Positions 7,190-13,151 of a stretch of DNA of 13,151 nt are shown here, one piece after another (position 1 is the first letter of the stretch; the number at the start of each line of letters is the position of its first letter). The notes below the pieces were generated by a model. That model was given only the letters and a program-made list of their open reading frames with translations. It ran no database searches and was not told the DNA's origin. The position numbers were made by a program, and so were the translations under genes. Origin of the DNA: Candidatus Thorarchaeota archaeon (GTDB taxonomy: Archaea; Asgardarchaeota; Thorarchaeia; Thorarchaeales; Thorarchaeaceae); assembly GCA_016840855.1 (NCBI GenBank), contig JAEORO010000102.1, forward strand, positions 1-13,151, read 5' to 3'.

Positions 7190-8482
7190 TTGAAGCTCAA
7201 TATTGGATGCGGTCTTGAATACAAGAAAGGCTACATCAATATTGATGCATTTGACAGGTCTGTTGCAGACCAAGTAATGTCAGCACTCAATCTTGAGTTT
7301 GAAGATAACTCATTCACCCAAGTTGACTGTGTGCATGTCCTTGAACATCTTGGTGCTGGAAAATCAATCTACGCTCTAGCTGAGGTTTTTCGCGTTTTGA
7401 GGCCAAATGGGCTGTTTTTTCTCGAAACTCCAGATTTGAAGAGTTCATTCAAAAGTTTCCTAAAAGGAAATGAAGACCAACGGAAGTATGTGATGAATTG
7501 GATATATGGACTTGATATGCCGGGCATGTCGCACAAGTATGGCTTCCCAGAGGAACTCCTGGAAAGAATGCTACAAGAATCTGGTTTCGTTGACACTGTC
7601 ATCAAACGGGTGAACACAGATTCAATGTATCCCTCACTTCGAGTGACTTGCAGAAAGTCGTCATCAAAGTGGCATCAGTTCTTTACACACTTTCGAAAAA
7701 AACTCGTTGAAATGAACTTGGTGGATCTCAATGACCAAGTAGATGTGATTGACAAGGAGAGTATACTACAGGACCTATTCGCGAATTCATTGACATTATG
7801 TGATATCAAAGCGATTTTTGAATTGACATCAACAAGCAGTCCAAAGTTAGGTAAATTATACCTAGAAACCTCTATTGATGAAAATCTAGTTACTGAGAAG
7901 ATGGTTCAGAATTATCTATCAATTTTAGAAGAATTGGATCTCTTAGAATTCCCAAAGGTAATGATACATCTATTTCGAGAGATGCCGGTTATGCCTGGAC
8001 AACAAGATGAAACATTTGATGCTGTCAAATCAATGTGTAGTCAATCAATCAAGAAAATTCTCTCGAAAGAGGAAGACACTATTGTTGAACTAAGAAACGT
8101 ATCCAAAAAAATAGAGAGTGAAGTACAAACGGATATTTTCTCCAAGGCCGTACTGAACTCAATTTCACAAGAACAGCTCGCTTTAGGAGCTAAGGCATTT
8201 GCGCATGCTCAATTAGAGGAAGCAATCACTCGGTACAGAGATGCTGTTCGATATAATCGGGACAACATTTTGGCATACTGGAATCTAGCTCGATTACGTG
8301 TGTTGAACAACATGTTAGAAAAAGGCAAAAAATGCTACAATATAACTAAGACATTGATTTCATCGATGCAACTTAAAATTCAGAGGCCTTTAGTTAGAAA
8401 GCTTGAAACTGAAATTAACCAGATAGCGAAAGGAAACCAACGACATATCGAACAACCAGTCTTATCACTTCTTAGGCATTAA
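7190..8482 (+). CDS. Class I SAM-dependent methyltransferase-domain protein with C-terminal TPR-like repeats
   Basis: N-terminal KLNIGCG..KGYINID..FEDNSF..HVLEHL..EVFRVLRPNG..ETPD (Methyltransf_11-like). C-terminal LALGAKAFAHAQLEEAITRYRDAVRYNRDNILAYWNLARL is TPR-like. TTG start with GGTGA SD at 7177-7181. Confidence 0.8.
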   Translation: MKLNIGCGLEYKKGYINIDAFDRSVADQVMSALNLEFEDNSFTQVDCVHVLEHLGAGKSIYALAEVFRVLRPNGLFFLETPDLKSSFKSFLKGNEDQRKYVMNWIYGLDMPGMSHKYGFPEELLERMLQESGFVDTVIKRVNTDSMYPSLRVTCRKSSSKWHQFFTHFRKKLVEMNLVDLNDQVDVIDKESILQDLFANSLTLCDIKAIFELTSTSSPKLGKLYLETSIDENLVTEKMVQNYLSILEELDLLEFPKVMIHLFREMPVMPGQQDETFDAVKSMCSQSIKKILSKEEDTIVELRNVSKKIESEVQTDIFSKAVLNSISQEQLALGAKAFAHAQLEEAITRYRDAVRYNRDNILAYWNLARLRVLNNMLEKGKKCYNITKTLISSMQLKIQRPLVRKLETEINQIAKGNQRHIEQPVLSLLRH

Positions 8483-8491
8483 GGGCGGTAA

Positions 8492-8498
8492 TTTATAA
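8492..8498 (+). promoter_or_regulatory. TATA box for the flavoenzyme-ADH-AOR unit (probably leaderless)
   Basis: Canonical TTTATAA ending 24 nt before ATG 8523. Confidence 0.6.
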
Positions 8499-8522
8499 CT
8501 CGCTTAGTTAAACTGAGGAAAC

Positions 8523-9614
8523 ATGACTCATCTTCACACTGAACTCTGTGATATTGTTGGCATTAAACATCCCATACTGCAGGGAGGGATGGGACCCTAC
8601 AAGACTGAGCACCTCGCAATTGCGGTAGCGAATGCAGGAGCTCTGGGGATTATCAGTTGTATTGGTATGGCAGCCACACTCCTGCCTGAAGCCGCACCAA
8701 TCGATGCAAGAAGATTGTTTGGAACAGACCCACCAGCAGTAATCCTTCAGAAGTCAATTGAGAATGTAACAAAGAAAACCCGTTACTCAGGAGGCGTCTT
8801 TGGCGTCAACGTTCCTGTGGCTGCAGAGTTCACCCTTGCATCTAAGATGTTTATTGAGCAGACGATAGAGTCATGTAAATCCGATTCAGATACTGAGCGT
8901 TCGCTGCGTGTTGTTGTTACATCAGCAGGGAACCCAAAACCTTGGTCAGTCCTCAAAGATGAGGGTTTCATTTGGGTGCACGTGACTCCATCAGTATATC
9001 ATGCGAAAAAAGCTGAAGCCGCAGGAGCTGATGTTGTTGTTGCGTCAGGCCATGAGGGTGGAGCGCATGTTTCGTGGGATCCTGTTCATTCTATGGTTCT
9101 TGTTCCCGCAGTAGCAAGAGCAGTGAAGACACCAGTTGTCGGAGCAGGCGGATTCTGTGATGGAGCAACCCTTGCTGCTGCATTGTGCATGGGAGCTGTT
9201 GGAGTTCAAATGGGCACTCGTTTTATTGCTACTAAGGAAAGTGACTTTGAGCCCATGTGGAAACAAGCGATTCTGAGCAGGGAAGAACGCCAGACCCTGG
9301 TGGGGCGAGGTCTCTTTGGACCAATGAGATTTCTACGTAACAAGAGGGCTGAGGAAATTGTGATACAGACCTTAGAGGATCTACCAAAGTTCTATCTAGG
9401 TGAGCCTCTTGATTCAAATGAGAAGATTCTGGAACTTGAACAAACGGGATTCGATAATCTCCTTGATGCTAAGGAGGAAACAGCCTTAATGTTTGGAGGA
9501 GAAGTAGTGGGCCGTATCCAAGATTTACCAACCACAGCAGAACTCATAGACAGTATTATTCACGAGGCGGCAGAAGTACTCAGAAGTGTACCTAAGTTTG
9601 TGATTAACAAGTGA
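8523..9614 (+). CDS. Nitronate monooxygenase / FabK-like FMN-dependent oxidoreductase
   Basis: HPILQGGMG, LAIAVANAGALGII, FGVNV, AKKAEAAGADVVVASGHEGGAH, VVGAGGFCDG and MGAVGVQMGTRFIATKES. Confidence 0.9.
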   Translation: MTHLHTELCDIVGIKHPILQGGMGPYKTEHLAIAVANAGALGIISCIGMAATLLPEAAPIDARRLFGTDPPAVILQKSIENVTKKTRYSGGVFGVNVPVAAEFTLASKMFIEQTIESCKSDSDTERSLRVVVTSAGNPKPWSVLKDEGFIWVHVTPSVYHAKKAEAAGADVVVASGHEGGAHVSWDPVHSMVLVPAVARAVKTPVVGAGGFCDGATLAAALCMGAVGVQMGTRFIATKESDFEPMWKQAILSREERQTLVGRGLFGPMRFLRNKRAEEIVIQTLEDLPKFYLGEPLDSNEKILELEQTGFDNLLDAKEETALMFGGEVVGRIQDLPTTAELIDSIIHEAAEVLRSVPKFVINK

Positions 9615-9684
9615 AAAAAGGCAGTGCGAGGAAATAAAGGGACGGGAGTCCTCCGTATGGGAGGATATTGAACGCGATGGAGAG

Positions 9685-10866
9685 ATGGGAATGGTCTGGT
9701 GGTTCTATGTTCCAAACATTATTTTTGGTGAAGATGCGCTGAGTGAGCTTGAGCGGATAAATGGGAGTAAAGCATTCATTGTTACTGATAAAGTAATCAA
9801 TAGTCTTGGACTTGCAGAGAAAGTCTGTCGAGTATTTACAGAGAAACAGTGGGAAGCTGCGATTTGGGATGGTGTCGAGCCCGATCCTAAGGTTTCTACA
9901 GTCAAGGCAGCCGCTGAAGCAATCAAAAGATTCAGCGCAGATTGGATAATAGCTGTCGGTGGCGGAAGCGTCATGGATACTGCAAAAGCTGCATGGGTCC
10001 TGTACGAGAAGCCAGATGTGGAACTTCACGCCCTGACACCGTTCGATGAATTAGGTCTTCGAACGAAAGCAAAGCTGGTGTGTATACCAACCACCACCGG
10101 GACAGGGTCGGAAGCAACTAAAGCTATTGTAATTCGAGATGATGAAACAGGAAGAAAATTCGCAACAATAAATCCTGAATTAACTCCTGATATCGCGATA
10201 CTAGATCCAGAGTTTGTGGTTGGACTACCGAAGAACCTCACAGCATATACCGGGATGGATGCATTGACACATGCGGTGGAGGGATTTGTTTCAGTCTGGA
10301 AAAATGATTTCTCTGATGGTTGTTCGCTTCAAGCAGTAAAGATGATCTTCGAGTGGCTTCCAAAATCTGTTGAAGACTTGTCAGACCTTGAAGCAAGAGA
10401 AAAGATGCTGATTGCTGCTTGCCTAGCAGGCATGTCATTTGGGAACTCACAAGCTGCACTTGCACATTCACTAGGGCATAGTATGGGTTCTGTGTTAAGA
10501 ACTCATCATGGCATGTCAGTTGGCATGGCATTACCCTACACAATTGAGTTCAACTGTATCGATAACGAGGACACAGCTAAGCTATATGCTCAACTTGCAA
10601 GAATGGTTGGAGTTTCCAGTAAGAAACCTATAGATACAGGGATGCAGTTTGCGCAAGCAATCAGGGAGTTTATGAGAAAGATTGGTAGTCCAACAAGCTT
10701 CAAGGAGGCAGGTATTAAGAAGAAAGATTTCAATGCAGGGCTTGAGAACATGGTTGATTTTGCGATGATGGACACTAGCTTAACAATGAATCCGCGTAAT
10801 ACTGACAGTGACGAAATTCGGAAGATGTACAAATACATGTATGATGGAACAGTTATTGATTTCTAG
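9685..10866 (+). CDS. Iron-containing alcohol dehydrogenase
   Basis: VEPDP, AVGGGSVMDTAK, IPTTTGTGSE, GMDALTHAVE, AHSLGH and HHG metal/NAD motifs. The start may be ATG 9691 (GGAG at 9679-9682). Confidence 0.93.
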   Translation: MGMVWWFYVPNIIFGEDALSELERINGSKAFIVTDKVINSLGLAEKVCRVFTEKQWEAAIWDGVEPDPKVSTVKAAAEAIKRFSADWIIAVGGGSVMDTAKAAWVLYEKPDVELHALTPFDELGLRTKAKLVCIPTTTGTGSEATKAIVIRDDETGRKFATINPELTPDIAILDPEFVVGLPKNLTAYTGMDALTHAVEGFVSVWKNDFSDGCSLQAVKMIFEWLPKSVEDLSDLEAREKMLIAACLAGMSFGNSQAALAHSLGHSMGSVLRTHHGMSVGMALPYTIEFNCIDNEDTAKLYAQLARMVGVSSKKPIDTGMQFAQAIREFMRKIGSPTSFKEAGIKKKDFNAGLENMVDFAMMDTSLTMNPRNTDSDEIRKMYKYMYDGTVIDF

Positions 10867-10881
10867 AGGGAGGACATCGAT

Positions 10882-12702
10882 GTGCATGGTTATCGAGGGA
10901 AAATACTGCGAGTCGACTTGAGTACAGGATCAACATCTGTGATATCACTTGATGAAAAACTGTTACGACAGTTCATTGGTGGTGCAGGATTGGGAGCACG
11001 TCTACTGTATGACGTGATTGACACAGACACGGACCCACTTGGTCCAGATAATCCACTCCTCTATCTCACAGGACCATTATGCGGCACGATGGCACCAACT
11101 GGTAGCAAGTCTACATTCTGTTCAAAATCTCCAAAGACAGGGATTTTGGGATATAGTACTGTGGGAGGTCATTTAGGTGCAGACTTAAAGTTTGCAGGTT
11201 ATGATGGAATCATCTTCACTGGTACAGCGGAAAAACCATCTTACCTTCTTGTTGATAACTCAGATGTGGAAATCAGGGATGCCAAGCATCTATGGGGAAA
11301 AGACACGATATATGTCTGGGAGGCTTTAAAGAAAGAAACAGGCTATAGGAATGCAGGGATAGCGAGGATTGGCGTAGCGGGTGAGAACCTAGTTAAGTAT
11401 GCTAATATCATCGTAGATCATCACAGGGCAGCGGGACGAACAGGACAAGGCGCAGTCATGGGGTCCAAGAAACTCAAGGCAATTGTCATTCATGGGACTG
11501 ACCGAAAGGTACCCGTCGCTCATGAGGATGAATTAAGCAAGTATGTTTCTGAGCTAAACGAGGACAAAAAGGAAGACCCCACCTTTAGAATGTATTCTGA
11601 TCTCGGAACTGCAGGATTTACTGATATGGCTAGTATGATGTGGGGTTCACTCCCTGCAGGCTATTACACAGTTTCTGATTTTGATACATACAATCTAAGT
11701 GGAACTTCTGTTCGTGAAACGATTCTAGTTGGCAAGTCAGCATGTTATAGATGCCCTATTGGATGTGGAAGAGTAGTTGAGATTCCTGAGGGCAAGTACA
11801 AGATGGATAAGTATGCTGGCCCTGAGCTCGAAGTGACTGGGACAATGGGTTCACTACTGCTTAACAACAATGTTGAGTCAGTGGCATTTGCAAACAAAGT
11901 TCTGAATATGCTTGGGATTGACACAATATCTGGAGGGAACACCATTGCATTTGCATATTATCTCTTCAAGGAAGGAAAGATTACTGCCGATGACCTTGAT
12001 GGAATTTCGCCTGAATGGGGTGAGGTTGAACCAGGAATTGCTCTCGCTGAAAAGATAGCTAGACGTGAAGGGATTGGAGACCTGATGGCAGAAGGGGCTC
12101 TACAATTCGGTGAGAAGTTTGGAGTTCCTAATCTTGCTGTTCAGGTGAATGGTCTGGAGTTGCCGCAGCATGATCCAAGAGGGTTCTCGGGACATGCCAT
12201 TGGTTATGCAACATCACCTCGTGGAGCATGTCACATGAGCGCAGACATGTACAACGTTCAGATGGGGCAACCAAACGAAGCTTTCAACATTGAGAGTGAG
12301 GATCGGTTTGCTAACGAGGCGGATTTAGTTGCTAGACTCCAAGATTTTCGTGCGTTGACGAACTCAGCAGTCACCTGCAATTTCTATCCATTGGATGGAG
12401 ACCAGTTACTGAAGATTCTACAATTAGCAATTGGGTGGGATATGGAGATTGAGGAATTGGTTCAGACGGGGGAGAGAATCTTCACTATGATGCGACTATT
12501 GAATCTCAAACTTGGTTATGACCCAAAGAATGAAACATTGCCTGAACTTATTTTAAAACCGCTTGAGGGACCCACTGAGGGGCACGTTCCAGACATTGAG
12601 GCACAGTTGAAGAAATGGTATGAATATCGAGGATGGGACAGAAAGACAGGAAAGCCTCCTCGGAACAAGCTTGAGAAACTTGGTCTTGGAGACCTTACCT
12701 AA
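10882..12702 (+). CDS. aor: Aldehyde:ferredoxin oxidoreductase family (tungstopterin/4Fe-4S) enzyme
   Basis: GYRGKILRVDL, DPLGPDNPL, KSPKTG, AAGRTGQGAVMGSKKLKAI, CYRCPIGC, GPELE, GIDTIS, HDPRG, RGACH and VTCNF. GTG start with GGAGG SD at 10869-10873. Confidence 0.93.
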   Translation: MHGYRGKILRVDLSTGSTSVISLDEKLLRQFIGGAGLGARLLYDVIDTDTDPLGPDNPLLYLTGPLCGTMAPTGSKSTFCSKSPKTGILGYSTVGGHLGADLKFAGYDGIIFTGTAEKPSYLLVDNSDVEIRDAKHLWGKDTIYVWEALKKETGYRNAGIARIGVAGENLVKYANIIVDHHRAAGRTGQGAVMGSKKLKAIVIHGTDRKVPVAHEDELSKYVSELNEDKKEDPTFRMYSDLGTAGFTDMASMMWGSLPAGYYTVSDFDTYNLSGTSVRETILVGKSACYRCPIGCGRVVEIPEGKYKMDKYAGPELEVTGTMGSLLLNNNVESVAFANKVLNMLGIDTISGGNTIAFAYYLFKEGKITADDLDGISPEWGEVEPGIALAEKIARREGIGDLMAEGALQFGEKFGVPNLAVQVNGLELPQHDPRGFSGHAIGYATSPRGACHMSADMYNVQMGQPNEAFNIESEDRFANEADLVARLQDFRALTNSAVTCNFYPLDGDQLLKILQLAIGWDMEIEELVQTGERIFTMMRLLNLKLGYDPKNETLPELILKPLEGPTEGHVPDIEAQLKKWYEYRGWDRKTGKPPRNKLEKLGLGDLT

Positions 12703-13150
12703 GCACCATTCGTTTCATATTGGGTAGATCCTCAACAATCTCTCTCAGAACATTATAGAGAACCTCAACATCAATTATCTTGAGGCGCTCATCAGGTGTG
12801 TGAGGATTCTCTAGAGTTGGACCAATTGATACCATTTGGATTCCTGGTATCTTCGCCCCAATTATCCCACATTCCAAGCCTGCATGAATTGCTTCAACTT
12901 TCACCTCTCGACCAGTTATTTCTTCAAAATGCTTGCGAACAAAGGAAAGAAACGGACTTTTGGGTTCAGGATTCCAACCAGGGTATCCGGGTTTCCTAGT
13001 GACCTGCCATCCACTTAACTCGGCAAGATCGAACACGCTCTGTCTAAACGCTTCAAGCTCTGAATCAACACTACTTCTTGTTGAGAGTAGGACTGATATC
13101 TCCTGACCATCAGTCTTTACCACAGCTACATTGTTTGAGGTCTCTACAAG
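12695..13150 (-). CDS. pepD: Aminoacyl-histidine dipeptidase (peptidase M20C), C-terminal part; 5' end is outside the window
   Basis: The frame is open to the window edge: LVETSNNVAVVK...STRSS...GYPGWNP...AIHAGLECGII...MVSIGPT..PHTPDER, which are PepD hallmark motifs. Confidence 0.9.
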   Translation of the reverse strand, partial: LVETSNNVAVVKTDGQEISVLLSTRSSVDSELEAFRQSVFDLAELSGWQVTRKPGYPGWNPEPKSPFLSFVRKHFEEITGREVKVEAIHAGLECGIIGAKIPGIQMVSIGPTLENPHTPDERLKIIDVEVLYNVLREIVEDLPNMKRMVLR

Positions 13151-13151
13151 A

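Noticed and set aside
3609-13018. Other short ORF-track ORFs (e.g. 3609, 3637, 4357, 4436, 4937, 5139, 5349, 5630, 6590, 6842, 7369, 8783, 9045, 9232, 9604, 9705, 10026, 10238, 10590, 11745, 12796, 12836)
   Set aside because: All overlap well-supported genes in another frame or strand and show no recognisable motifs.
12695-13151. PepD as the maturation protease for the YG proteins
   Set aside because: It is a housekeeping-type dipeptidase on the opposite strand, separated from the block by three metabolic genes.
1-13151. CRISPR arrays, tRNA/rRNA genes, transposases or integrases
   Set aside because: The window is almost entirely protein-coding with intergenic gaps of about 110 nt or less. 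I saw no repeat-spacer pattern, RNA gene or recombinase motif.

Overview
Archaeal window, most likely Asgard archaea (Thorarchaeia-like). This is inferred from gene families, GGTG(A)-type Shine-Dalgarno sites and TATA boxes, not from a search. The left arm (- strand) encodes a 528+ aa membrane-anchored parallel beta-helix (NosD-like) surface protein that the ORF track missed, a tandem double Lrp/AsnC regulator and a leucine-rich-repeat protein. The right arm (+ strand) encodes a PHP phosphoesterase, an SCP2 lipid-binding protein, a radical SAM/SPASM enzyme, two paralogous small single-TM proteins, a methyltransferase-TPR protein, a FabK/nitronate-monooxygenase-family flavoenzyme, an Fe-alcohol dehydrogenase and an aldehyde:ferredoxin oxidoreductase. 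A convergent partial pepD closes the window. The best candidate for a new system is 5255-8482. The radical SAM enzyme carries motifs I recognise from the PlpX-type tyramine-excising 'splicease' clade. The two paralogs directly downstream share a C-terminal Y-x-x-G-x-x-Y-G-[ST]-I-x-P-[KR]-D-F tail after a TM helix. Together these suggest an archaeal system that installs alpha-keto-beta-amides on membrane-anchored proteins. This is a hypothesis from sequence reading only.
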